From NCBI GenBank assembly GCA_964632485.1, contig CAZWDO010000024.1, positions 1-53,644 on the forward strand: a stretch of DNA of 53,644 nucleotides. The letters are read 5' to 3'. The stretch is from an uncultured bacterium. Its GTDB lineage: Bacteria; JAGOEH01. The notes below the pieces were generated by a model. The model had not been told where the DNA came from and did no database searches. It saw only the letters and a list, made by a program, of their open reading frames with translations. Of the stretch, positions 9,683 through 20,823 are shown piece after piece. The position numbers and the translations under genes were made by a program. Within the stretch, counting starts at the first letter, position 1. Each line of letters begins with the position of its first letter.

Positions 9683-12412
9683 TTATTTATGAGTCATGGT
9701 GAAAACGCCATCCCAATCGACAGGGGGAGGAACTTCGAGATAATCCTGACTACGCTGAAAATATATGCTGATGGGAGTATCCTCTGGATAGATTTGTTTC
9801 AGGTGGGCAAATGCGTCGTGAGCGTCTTGCCAGTTACGGTCTTTATAAAGGGCAAGCGCTTCTTCATAAGCCTGGCAAAAAATTTTTTTCGGATCGGGCG
9901 CGCCGGGAAGAAAATCCATCAATTCATATACGCGAACCGGTTTTAATTTGCCTTTGACGCGGATTACATCCAATTCACGACACAGAAATTGGTCGCCGAT
10001 CAATTGATGAGTGAATTCGGAAATCATGGTATAAGTACCATACTCTTTATTCGCGCTTTCCAATCGGGATCCGAGATTGACAGAATCACCGATAACCGTA
10101 TAATCGAAGCGGTTTTTGGAACCCATGTTACCAACAATCATTTCACCGGAATTCATCCCAATACGAGTGATCAGCGCCGGAAATCCGCGTTCGATCCAGC
10201 GGGCTTGTTGTTTGTTAAGGAGTTCCTGAATTTGCAGGGCAGTGGAGCAACAGCGCCAGGCATGGTCGGCAAGTTCAAGGGGAGCGCCAAAAACGGCCAT
10301 TACAGCATCGCCTTCATATTTATCCAACATCCCTTCGTTTTCCAGGATTTTATCGGTAATAATGCTGAGGTATTCGTTCAGGAGCTCTACCAGATTTTCT
10401 GGGGAAAGTTTTTCGGATATGGTCGTGAATCCCTGGATATCAGAGAAAAATACAGTGCAAACTCGTTTGGCGCCGCCTATTTGCAGCATGTTGGGGTTTT
10501 TTAAAATTATATCGACGACCGATGGAGTGACATAATGGCTGAATGCCTGTTTGACCTGGCGTTTTTCCTGTTCTTCGTGCCAGTAATTCTGTACGCTGAT
10601 AATGATAAAGGATCCAATGATCAATATTGAAGGGGATACGAGGAGCATCCAGGTTCGCATATAATAGAACATTATATAATTGATAACCAGATTAACGAGA
10701 AAAAACAGAATCGCCACACCGGCCATGATCCCCGTCCGCTGCCGACGGAATAGAAAGATCATGGATAGTGTCAGAATGATCCAATAAACCAGATCCAGCC
10801 AACTTGGGGTGGCTTTTAGAAAATTCTGTGATATAATATTGTTGAAAATGTTGGCATGAACGCCGACCATGGCATAGCGCGGCTCATAGGGAGTGGGATT
10901 GTAATCGTGGGTTCCGGTGGCCGTTAACCCGTAAAACAGGACTTTCCCCTTGAAATAATCGGGATAAAGTTTACCAATGCGTTCCACTTCCACGGGTTTT
11001 TCAAAAAAAAGTGGAAAATCGGCAGTTGTGGGCTTGTAATGCTGAATGTCCTGGTAGCAAGTCTGCATATAAGCGCTATCCTCTATTGAATATTTAACAA
11101 TCAAGGAATCGCAGTCAAGCAGTGAATCAGCATAAGCAAGGCTATGGTAACGGACATTATTATAAATCGGTTGAAGCGCTTCCTGATTCTCAAGTGGAAC
11201 GCCAGTCGCTTCACAGAACTGGGCGAACGTATAAGTAAAATCGAGTTGATTGCGTAACAACCAATCCACGGAATAAGCCGGCCCCAATTCCATCAGAGTC
11301 GTGTCAACACCGCCGATTTCATCTTCCAGTTCGCGGATGGTGTTGTTGATCATGAGTTGGTCAGCAATATCCGGCGCCATCAATAAAAACGGATTCTCCT
11401 GAAATTGCGGCATCTCTCCGATCACTTTTTTCAAAATCCCGACTTTAATGTGACGACGCATGGCCTTTACGGCTATATAGGGAATATGGGGATACGTTTC
11501 AAAATATTTACCCATCCAGTTCACTAAGAGCAGTCCTCTTTCATCGATAGGGATATGAACATTTTTGCCCTGATAAGGGAATTGAACCCGGTGCGCTGAA
11601 ATGTCGATTGATTGAATGGGAACTTTCAAATAGTCGAGAGCCATGATAAAGCTAAGCGCCAGATAAGCCCTTCCGTTATAACGATAAAAAAGAGGGTAAT
11701 GCCGCACGACGCCATCCGCGTCGGGTAGAATTTGAGCGAACGCGATTCCGCGGCATTGCTCGGCAAAATAGTGCAATAAGGGCGAAGATTCGTTAGCATA
11801 AAGAAATTCATCCATCTGGTCGGTAAGAGGCAGACTGAATTTCTGTTGAATAGCGAAACTTTTTTCTTTGTTTTCCCTAAAAAAATCATAGTATTCATCC
11901 ACCCCGGCTTCTTCTTCATTTTCCGAACGGTTGAAAATTTGGGGTAAAAATACGTTGCGGCTTTTTTTTAACGCCCGTATCATCACGCTATCCGAATTTT
12001 GCATCATGATTCGTAATTCTTCAGTTGTAAAAATTTCCTGCTTCCTGCGTTGAATGTCCTGCAACCGCAATGTAGGTGGCGTCGGTTCAACCAGAAAGAT
12101 ATCAAAGCCGATGGAATAAATCTCCAAACGACGAAGTATCTGCAGTAACGCGGCATGTTTTTCATACGGCCAGCTCCATCGTCCTTCTCCCTTGAGTGAT
12201 TCGGTATCAATGTCAAGAATGGCGATATTGGGATCCACCGCTTGGGTCCCTCTCACCCGATACCGGATATCCAGCAGTTTTAACTCGATCAGGTTAGATA
12301 ATTCGTTTATTGGGGGTACAAAAGTAAAAACGGTGATCAGAATAAACAATAGGGTGATGTAGTGCTGATCTTTAATTAAGCGAAATAAGCGGTTGTTGCT
12401 CAGAAAATTCAT
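9683..12412 (-). CDS. CHASE2-domain class III adenylate/guanylate cyclase
   Basis: CHASE2 motifs (GRWSW, PDADGVVR, GVHAN), three TM helices, FSDIQGFT, DKYEGDAVMA, YTVIGDSVNLGSRLE and DWDGVF. Confidence 0.92.
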   Translation of the reverse strand: MNFLSNNRLFRLIKDQHYITLLFILITVFTFVPPINELSNLIELKLLDIRYRVRGTQAVDPNIAILDIDTESLKGEGRWSWPYEKHAALLQILRRLEIYSIGFDIFLVEPTPPTLRLQDIQRRKQEIFTTEELRIMMQNSDSVMIRALKKSRNVFLPQIFNRSENEEEAGVDEYYDFFRENKEKSFAIQQKFSLPLTDQMDEFLYANESSPLLHYFAEQCRGIAFAQILPDADGVVRHYPLFYRYNGRAYLALSFIMALDYLKVPIQSIDISAHRVQFPYQGKNVHIPIDERGLLLVNWMGKYFETYPHIPYIAVKAMRRHIKVGILKKVIGEMPQFQENPFLLMAPDIADQLMINNTIRELEDEIGGVDTTLMELGPAYSVDWLLRNQLDFTYTFAQFCEATGVPLENQEALQPIYNNVRYHSLAYADSLLDCDSLIVKYSIEDSAYMQTCYQDIQHYKPTTADFPLFFEKPVEVERIGKLYPDYFKGKVLFYGLTATGTHDYNPTPYEPRYAMVGVHANIFNNIISQNFLKATPSWLDLVYWIILTLSMIFLFRRQRTGIMAGVAILFFLVNLVINYIMFYYMRTWMLLVSPSILIIGSFIIISVQNYWHEEQEKRQVKQAFSHYVTPSVVDIILKNPNMLQIGGAKRVCTVFFSDIQGFTTISEKLSPENLVELLNEYLSIITDKILENEGMLDKYEGDAVMAVFGAPLELADHAWRCCSTALQIQELLNKQQARWIERGFPALITRIGMNSGEMIVGNMGSKNRFDYTVIGDSVNLGSRLESANKEYGTYTMISEFTHQLIGDQFLCRELDVIRVKGKLKPVRVYELMDFLPGAPDPKKIFCQAYEEALALYKDRNWQDAHDAFAHLKQIYPEDTPISIYFQRSQDYLEVPPPVDWDGVFTMTHK

Positions 12413-12455
12413 GGAATATCTCCTGAGAGAGGATAGCTCGACAGCCTGATAAATA

Positions 12456-13415
12456 TCACGTGTCGCGTCCTTTGCCGGAATCCGTGATTTCGGTTAATTC
12501 CGCGGGAAAGGGTTGGAAGAAAATCTGTTTGGAGAGGTAGGGTTCATTGAAGCGAATGATCCAGGATTGCAAGAGATACGCGCTGACGCTAAGAGGTGTT
12601 TTCCCGTTACGGTAAGTGTCGAGCGTGTGGAGAAAGAACGCTTTTTCACTGCTGGTCAATACGTTAGAGAAATAACCGAAAGCATGCATCAGAACGTTGA
12701 TATTATTGGTAAATCGAGGGGGTTTATGCAACGCAACCATCAATTCATTGCCGTAATTCGTCCAGACAGTCGGTAGCGGGAGTTTTTCGTGGTTAGCCAC
12801 GATCCTGCCCAGTATGCGCAGCTTGGTTATATTGAAGGAGAGAAGCAGCAGTTTATGGGCGGCTTGAAATTCGATCAGGTCTTTCATGTCTCCTGACATT
12901 TGGGCTTCCCGAAATCGCGCCAGTGTGAAAATGCGGGTAAAGAATGTTTCGCGAATCTGATAATTTTTTAAACGCCCTTCATCCTCAAGAGGCAGAAGGG
13001 GATATCGCTTGATCAGTTCACGCGCGAAAAAACCGCTTGTCTTCCCTTGAGGCGGACGGTTTTCCTGATCGGCATAAAGTTTGACGTCAGCAATGCCGCA
13101 TGAGGGGGAACGGTGTTTGAGCAAGGCGCCATCCAGTTTGGGCAGTCGGGAGAGAAATTGGCGACTAAAGGTTTGCATTTCTTCAGTGATATCCCGCGCA
13201 GATGACGGTTGAATCAAGCAGTGAGCGCCCGCTCGTTCAATGATGCGGATCGGATCGCGGGGAATTCCCAATCCGATTTCCTTTTCAGGACATATCGTTA
13301 TCGCTTCGACCCAGGGTTTGAGCTTTTCAACCGTATTATCATGAATAGTCTCGCCATTCCAGCGGCAGGCTTCGAATCCCAGGCAGCGACTGAAAAGAAC
13401 AGTCGGTTTTATCAC
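12456..13415 (-). CDS. DUF523 + DUF1722 (YbgA-like / 2-thiouracil desulfurase family) protein
   Basis: SRCLG..CRWNG, CPE.EIGLGIPR, SPSCG, EDEGRL and NVLMHAFGYF. Confidence 0.85.
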   Translation of the reverse strand: MIKPTVLFSRCLGFEACRWNGETIHDNTVEKLKPWVEAITICPEKEIGLGIPRDPIRIIERAGAHCLIQPSSARDITEEMQTFSRQFLSRLPKLDGALLKHRSPSCGIADVKLYADQENRPPQGKTSGFFARELIKRYPLLPLEDEGRLKNYQIRETFFTRIFTLARFREAQMSGDMKDLIEFQAAHKLLLLSFNITKLRILGRIVANHEKLPLPTVWTNYGNELMVALHKPPRFTNNINVLMHAFGYFSNVLTSSEKAFFLHTLDTYRNGKTPLSVSAYLLQSWIIRFNEPYLSKQIFFQPFPAELTEITDSGKGRDT

Positions 13416-13425
13416 TATTTACTCC

Positions 13426-16400
13426 CTAATCAGCGGATACGGTAATTCGTCCGCTACCGTAAAGAGACGATTTACCAGGTTGATACATGACTTCAGCGCT
13501 GATCGGGGGTAACGTGAATTCGCCCGCGGTCACAACGCGGATCCCGTAATAAAAGGTATATTGCTGTTTCTCGTTGAAATTGCCATAAAACATCAGCCGA
13601 TCGTCGCGAATATCGAGATAAGCCGGAGAGTAGTTTTCCGCGAGCCATTCGAAATCCCCCCGCGAATTCAAACGGGGATTTTCAATTTCAAAACATGCCG
13701 GCAGTAAATCGACAACGGCGACATTTTCTAAATCATCATAAGGTGATTCAAGGGTAATTTTGGCAATGATCAGTTCGCCCTGTTTAAAGGTGTTATGGTA
13801 GATTGGGGATCCGGTCTGGTTCAGATATTGTCGCCTGATTTTAAGATCTCTGTCATAATCATCCAACCAGGGTGTCGAGGGAATTCCTTCGGCGCTCCAA
13901 TAATAATAGCATTTTCCATTACCGGTCATATCAATTTTAACATCAGCGCCGATCCAATCGGAGTGGGAGAGGCGTAACGGGGCAAGATGATCAAACGCGC
14001 CTTTTTCCTGACCAGCGATGGTAATTTTCCCCTTGAACTCATTATTTTCCTGTTGATTGGAGAGCATTTTGCCCATAGCCAACAAAGCCAGCGCATTTTC
14101 AATCGTACTGCTCCACCGGCCGAGGCTGATTTCTTTGGAAAGCGCTTCCATCAGTTTGGGAATTTCGGGATGGTTGGGATCGATAGAGTTCAGCGCATTC
14201 AGTATCATCGCCAATCGGCTGGTGTTAAGATTAAAGACAGAAAAATAATCGGATTCACTATCAGAATTCGGATAGTTAATTGTCAGAGGTAATAAGGCTT
14301 TAGCGGCGGCGAGATCGCCACTGGCGGCATAGGCACCGGCCAGTTGAAACTGGGAGTAAAGGTCCATCTGTTTTAAATGATTATTGCGTAAATAGTTGAG
14401 CATGGATCGATCCGCTTCTCCAGCTATAGCCAATACATATTGAGAGTACACGCAATTGCTGAGTTCACTCCTCGAGTTGGAGATTTGAAAATTGGAACTC
14501 ATCTCTTTCAACGCGCTAATCATGCGTTTTAAAACCCGTTCAGAAACCGGGTATCCTTTTTGGTGGGCTTCGGCTAAAAAATGGGCGGCATAAATTGAAG
14601 CCCAATCATAACAGTAATCACCATGGGGCCAATATGAGAATTTCCCGTTGGAGAGCTGCATTGATTCAATTTTACTGATTCCCTCGCTCAAGTAATAATC
14701 GACCGACCCCGAGCCGGCCATAGCCGGTTCAACCGCTTTGGCCAGATCCTGGAAATAGAGGAGGGGGAAAAGTTTGGAACTGGTTTGTTCGATACAGCCA
14801 TGGGGATAAATCAGCAGGTATTGGAGACTGGCGCCGAAACGTAGAGTGGGTATAGCGCTGATAGTGAGTTTAAACTGAGTGGTTGATTGAAGATAATTGC
14901 GGGGCATGGAAAATTTAGCGGGTTTCTCCGCGCTGAAAACGCCGCTACCGACTTGAGTGACCAGAGGCGCCGGGGGCCGGATGGTTATTTTGCGTTGATA
15001 AGTAGCGGATTCTCCGTTACCCTGCGCCCGGAGTTCCAGTTCAATATCCCCCAATGACTCGCCGGCTTTGAGCGTAAACGTCACAACATCTTCCTTTTGC
15101 TGGTCAATAAAAAGAGTCTGCCTGGCTGTTGATTCTACCTTCACCGCGCCTTTTACCGCCAGGCTGACGCTAAAATTTCCGCTTTTCCCGCTAGCGTTGA
15201 ACAACTGCACTGGCAATTCANNNNNNNNNNAAAACGATCACCCGGAGCCAGAAAGCGGGGAAATGTCGGCGTCATGACTAAAGGTTCCCGGACAAAAAGT
15301 TTCTTTTCAACGCCGCTGAACATATCCTGACTGAAGGCGACAGCCATGACCCGTAAAGTGCCATTGAATTGGGGTAGATCAAAACTGATTTCTCCGCTTT
15401 TATTATTTTCGCACTTGACTAAACCACTCCAAAAGGCGATTGTTTTTTCATACTGCAAGGCCATGGGGGACAAGCGTTTTTTACGTTGGCTTTCCAGGTC
15501 TTCATCCCCCGGGGCGCTGGAACGTTGATTAATTTCCGGCAATAAGGCGCGATAAATATCCCAGGTTTTGATGGTTAGAGCTTTCTTTCCATAAAAATAT
15601 TTCAAGGGATCCGGCGATGAAAAATTAGTGAGCTGGAGGACGCCTTCATCGACTGCCGCTATCGATATATAGATTGGTTTATCTGTCGATTTTGTTAATT
15701 GATAACGGATAGTCAGTGACTTGTTGGGACGTATTTCCTGGGGTAGTTCCAGTTCGATTCCCAGTTTATGCGTATCGGTGTTGAGATGTAGGGGAATAAC
15801 GCCAAAGGCGCGGTATGGAGGGTCGCCATGGGTTTGGTTCAATGGTTGAATGACTGAAACTGAAATATACACATTTGGCTGATACTCGGCTTTGATCGGG
15901 ATTTCAATTTTACCGGTATTTTGAGGCAAATCAAAGAATTGTGTTTGATAGATTCGATCCCGTTCAACTGTCAGCATCACTTTGCCGGCAAATGGCGCGC
16001 GTATCTGGAGTTCCGCTGTTTCACCCCGGTAATAAATCTCTTGATCGAGGTCCAGTTCCACGCGTTCCGGCGCTTCAATTGCCCAGGGGACATAATTCCA
16101 GCCGCTGGCGTAAAACTCATGGGACGCGCGCGCCTGGCTGGATCGATTGACGGCTACAACGCGATATCTGCCATAATCGGGGGGTTTGAGAGAAAATTTT
16201 GCCACGCCATTTTCACTGACCACAAATTGATGCTGGATAATATCTTCCACTTTTTCTGACCGGTATTCATATTCATCATTGGTATTACGTTGCCAGGTTG
16301 TGTGCCAGTAAATATGAAAAAAATAGATATCAATAGTTTCTCCTGCAATCGGATTCCCCCCAGTATCCACGGTGATAAGCTCATAATCCGCGTTTTCTTC

Positions 16401-18932
16401 CGGCTTGGCATACCCATCAAAAAGGGGTTTAATGCCNNNNNNNNNNTGGTACTGCGTGACTGCCCGACCTCCTGGTTCGATAACGGATGCGTTGAAAATC
16501 GCGCGGAGTTCGGAACCGCTGATAATATTAGCAGGTATTGGGTAGCGGAACCGACAATTGCCCTGTTCATCGGTTTTTTCCTGATCGAATTGGGTGTGTT
16601 TGGGTACGAATTTGTAATTGGGATCGTCGAAGATAAAGCTTTGCCATTTCATGGGTTTAAATATGAATTTTTCCAGAGTGAGTTCCGCGTCAACATTCCG
16701 ATTGGCAGCAGGTGGGCCGAATAGAGTCATCGCCTGTAGATTGAAACTGATTTCCTCGCCAGCGCTATAGGTTGCGTTGGGTGTCGTAATTGAGACTTTC
16801 ATACGGTCAGGAACAAATGCTTCTACCAGAAATGAATGATTATTTAGTTCCTGGTCGTCGCCCAGAAAGAGACGGGCCAGATACCGGCCCGTTTTTGCAT
16901 AGTCGGGGATAGGAATTATAAATTCAACAGCGCCCTGTTCGTTGAGTTGATTTTTGGTTTCTGAAAAAACCATTTCATCGGGTGTTTGGACAACCAGACG
17001 TACCGGGAATTTCAATGGCAATGTCGCGCCCGATCCTCGAACGATGGCGGCCAAATGAACCGTCTCACCCGGACGATAGATTCCCCGTTCATCATAGATA
17101 AATGCCTGAAGTCCATCTTCAGAGCTGATATCTCCCTGAATATCAAAATCAACCAGATTGAGAGGCTGCGAATTCAATTCGAGTAATGAAAAATCGGTAT
17201 TTTTAGAGACCGTTATGATAAATGGGTTTAAATTCGGATTTTTTTTCCGATAGCTGTAAAACGTGATCAGACCCTGGGCATCAGTGGTAGCCTTATCCAT
17301 AATTTGATTGTTGTAGGACCATAACGTGACCTCGGCTCCGGCAACCGCTTTGACGTCGGAGAGAGAACGAATCCAGACTTTAAGGTCGGGTCCGCTTTGT
17401 TTGGCAATCACTCCCAGATCAGTAACCAGGACAAATCGGGAATCGCGCCGCCAATATTCATCGGCGTCCATCGCTAATACCTGGTAAATCCCTGGCTCCT
17501 GAGGATCGAAATAGGTGTGTAATGGCAACGGAGTAAGTATCTCGCTGTTAGTTAAAGGATCGGGAGCCAGTTCAAAGCGCTGCAATGTCCGGCCGAATTT
17601 TTCCACATCGCTGAACCACCGCCAGTTATAGCTATATTCCCAGTCATTGGAGGTACTACCTGCTCCGAGAGAGCCCAGTTTTTGAAGCAGATAGATTAAA
17701 TTGTTGGTAAAAATTTTATTTATTTCGACGTTGACTTTCTTAATGTTTATCGTTTTTAATCCCAGATTAAGCTGCCCGCTACGCCATAGAAAACAACCAC
17801 TACCCTTGAAAGTAACCTGGGGAGAGAGTTGAATATTTTGGAACGAAAGTTTTTGGGAAATGGTTTTTGATAATTGAGTGCCATCCAGCGCGGGAAGATT
17901 TTTAAGGAGTGTAATGGTATAATCCTGTTTTTCATCAAATGCGCCGCTGATTCGTAGTTTATAGCCGGTACGGCTGATAGTGAAGGGCAGCGACGGTGTT
18001 ATCTTGATAAATTCGTCATAATCCAGCTTGGCCAATGGGAGATTGAATTGAATTAATACTTCGCTTTCCTGGGTATTATAGTACCGCGCTTCAATCTGTT
18101 CCAAGGCTAATTCCGTTTGTCCCGGCAGTGAAACTCGTTTGTGAAAATCGTCAGACAATCCCAGATTTCCATTGATACAAAGAATGTCGCGACTGATAAA
18201 AAGCTCCAGGTTTTGCCGTTCCTTGCCTCTGGGTATCGAATCCGCCTGCAGTTCGATAAGATGAGATGAATCCTTGCTCATGATCTGATATGAAAAAGGT
18301 CGCCCCTCTTCATCCTTTAATTGAATCAGATTTTGACATTTTTCCTGGCTCATGGGGTAATTAAACTCAATGGTTCCGAAAACCCGGCTGTACTCCTTAG
18401 TTTGGGGGATGAGTTCATAGACGATATCGGCTTTCAGGATTTCTAACCGGGGCGTATTAAAACTATATTCTTTTTTGCCCGTCAAAACCAATCCTTCACC
18501 GACTATAAACCGTGAAGAAACAGATGCTTTATATTGAGTTGAGGGAGAAAGAAGAACTGTGGGGAAGAAACGTATCATATCTGGCTGTTGCCATTGAAAC
18601 TGGCCGGGAATCGGGGGTTCAAAAGTAATTGGAGCGCCCTCAATCGCTTCGTTGAGGTTTCCACTTTCTACAATTGGCCGCGAAAATTGGACCCGGATCG
18701 ATGGATTGAGTGTTGTTTCATCTTGTGGAATAAATGATTCGACTGATACCGTCAATCCCCGTTCGGGAGTCTGAAAGAAAATAAAGTAGCCGACTCCCAC
18801 CAGTATTATCATTGCTAACAGCGAAATAACCAGATAAAGATAGAATACCTTTTTCTGGCGGGGAGACCCCGGTATCGGTTGGTTGAGTTCAGGGTTTAAC
18901 GGTGATGGCTGTTGATCTGAATTCTCTGGCAT
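13426..18932 (-). CDS. Bacterial alpha-2-macroglobulin; one gene broken in the ORF track by N gaps at 15221-15230 and 16437-16446
   Basis: ERGIYRPGE, AAVDEGVLQLT, GTLRVMAVA, PRFLAPGD, thioester motif YPHGCIEQ, DIRDDR and AEVMY. Confidence 0.92.
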
Positions 18933-19244
18933 ACATATCTCCTTCCGGTTAACTATATAGTTGTTTTTTTTAATATAAATGATTTAAGCAAATTGTCAAT
19001 AAGTAAATTTTTTATATTTTTAGCTGAAACTTTATTCCAAATCCTGAAAATCGCATTTGACAATCAAATTTATTGGCAACCTATTATTTTTCAAACTGAA
19101 AGAGTACCCTCTTTTAGCCCCCTATCTCAATGGTAGGGAAATTGTAAGAATAAACTTTCAGTTAGATTTTAGAGGGATTTCGCCATTTTGCGTGAAATTT
19201 TTAAACTTAATTTGCAGATGTTGATTAAAAGCGTTGAAAAATAC

Positions 19245-19273
19245 TTGACTTGTTTTCTAATTCATGCTATAAT
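19245..19273 (+). promoter_or_regulatory. Strong sigma70-type promoter with extended -10
   Basis: TTGACT-17 bp-TATAAT, with TG just upstream of the -10. Confidence 0.7.
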
Positions 19274-19471
19274 TATAAAGCGTGTCAGTGAATTGTCAGT
19301 TTGGAACTAAACTGGCATTGTTATCAGTAGGCGTGGCAGTTTGCGCTGCTTTACGCTGATAATTTATCCTGATGGTGAAGGCCATAAGTTAAGATTTCCA
19401 GTTTTTATGGACGACTAAGAGAGAAAAGTTATGATGAAGGTATGAGAACATTTAACCAAGGAGATTAATCG

Positions 19472-19918
19472 ATGCGTATTCGTGTTTGTGGTGTTTTCGA
19501 ACAGAGTGGAGAAGTTTTGTGTACAAAATATGTTTATGGTGGAAAGGAAGTTTTAGCTCTTCCGGGTGGAGGTGTGGATAAAGATGCTGCAGTCGAGGAG
19601 TCATTAATCGATGAATGGAAGGAAGAATTGGGAGTTAAGGTGGAAGTGGGTAATATTATTTTTGTCGGTGAAGCCCATGGAGATAAACGGCATCCGCAAA
19701 CCCTGCATATTGTTTTTTTAATTGAAGAGATTTATGGGACGCCAAAAATTCGCACCGATCAGACCAATTCAAAAGAAATTGTGTGGGTACCCTTTCAAAA
19801 TCTGGCGCAAAAGGATTTATATCCGGATGTGGGCGTTCAGTTAGCGGATTATTTTTTATCCCCTGAAAAACCAACCGTTCCATTTATCAAGAACTGCATG
19901 GAACGGGGATATTTCTGA
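19472..19918 (+). CDS. NUDIX hydrolase
   Basis: LPGGGVD...DEWKEELG Nudix box; AAGGAG ribosome-binding site. Confidence 0.85.
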   Translation: MRIRVCGVFEQSGEVLCTKYVYGGKEVLALPGGGVDKDAAVEESLIDEWKEELGVKVEVGNIIFVGEAHGDKRHPQTLHIVFLIEEIYGTPKIRTDQTNSKEIVWVPFQNLAQKDLYPDVGVQLADYFLSPEKPTVPFIKNCMERGYF

Positions 19919-20823
19919 GCATAGAGCCGCAGATATCCTGGTACAACGCCCAATCTATCCTGGCGCCAACGGGAATTGAATTAGCTGATTATACGATCAA
20001 TCCCTACCGGGGGTGCCAATTCGGGTGTATCTACTGTTATGTTCGGGCTAATCGCTTCGCGCGACGGTGTAAACTGCCCTACGGGTCCTATGTGGATTTG
20101 AAGAAAGATTATATTCAATTATTGGAAAAAGAATTAGAAGCAGTTCAGCCCCGTCGTGTATTAATTGGCGCAGTGACGGATCCCTATCAACCCCTTGAGA
20201 GACGCTATCGCTATACCCGCCAAACACTGGAGCTCTTGATCCGATATCGCCTTCCAGCGATAATACTGACTAAATCGGTTTTAATTGGTGAGGATATTGA
20301 GTGGTTAAAGGAGTTATCCGCAGTAAAAGTATGTTTTACCGTTAATGATCCCTGGGTGATTAACAATATGGAAACGGGTAGTGATCCGCTAAATGAGCGT
20401 CGTGATATGATTGGAGAGTTAAATGATCAGGGAGTCTATACTTATGCCCATGTCGGGCCATATTTCCCCGGAATCACCCAATTTAAGACTTTTTTTCAAA
20501 TTTTGAGTCGTCGCTGCCCCCGGATCAATTTTGAGAGTATTAATCTTAAGATGCTAATCGAAAGGGATACTATTATGGGATTGATCGGGCGCGATTATCC
20601 CCATTTAATTCATAGGTATCAGACTATTATGGAATCGGCGTCCGCCTACTGTGATTATTGGGCGGATTTACAAGCTGAAATTGAATCATTTGCGCAGTCC
20701 CGATCCTTTAAAGTTAGTGTGTTGTTTCGTCCGTTTAATCAGTACTATAAAAATGATGGAGAAAGGAATGTCCATGCTTCCCCTTTGGCCCCGTCCAGTA
20801 TGGGCGGAAATCGATCTGAATAG
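19915..20823 (+). CDS. Radical SAM protein (SPL-like / Rv2578c-type); probable CTG start
   Basis: The frame is open upstream of the called GTG 20092 and encodes INPYRGCQFGCIYCY; later TDPYQPLE and ILTKS. Confidence 0.85.
   Translation: MSIEPQISWYNAQSILAPTGIELADYTINPYRGCQFGCIYCYVRANRFARRCKLPYGSYVDLKKDYIQLLEKELEAVQPRRVLIGAVTDPYQPLERRYRYTRQTLELLIRYRLPAIILTKSVLIGEDIEWLKELSAVKVCFTVNDPWVINNMETGSDPLNERRDMIGELNDQGVYTYAHVGPYFPGITQFKTFFQILSRRCPRINFESINLKMLIERDTIMGLIGRDYPHLIHRYQTIMESASAYCDYWADLQAEIESFAQSRSFKVSVLFRPFNQYYKNDGERNVHASPLAPSSMGGNRSE

Noticed and set aside
15153-16446. Apparent split or frameshift of alpha-2-macroglobulin into two ORFs
   Set aside because: The breaks coincide with 10-N scaffold gaps, so this is an assembly artefact.
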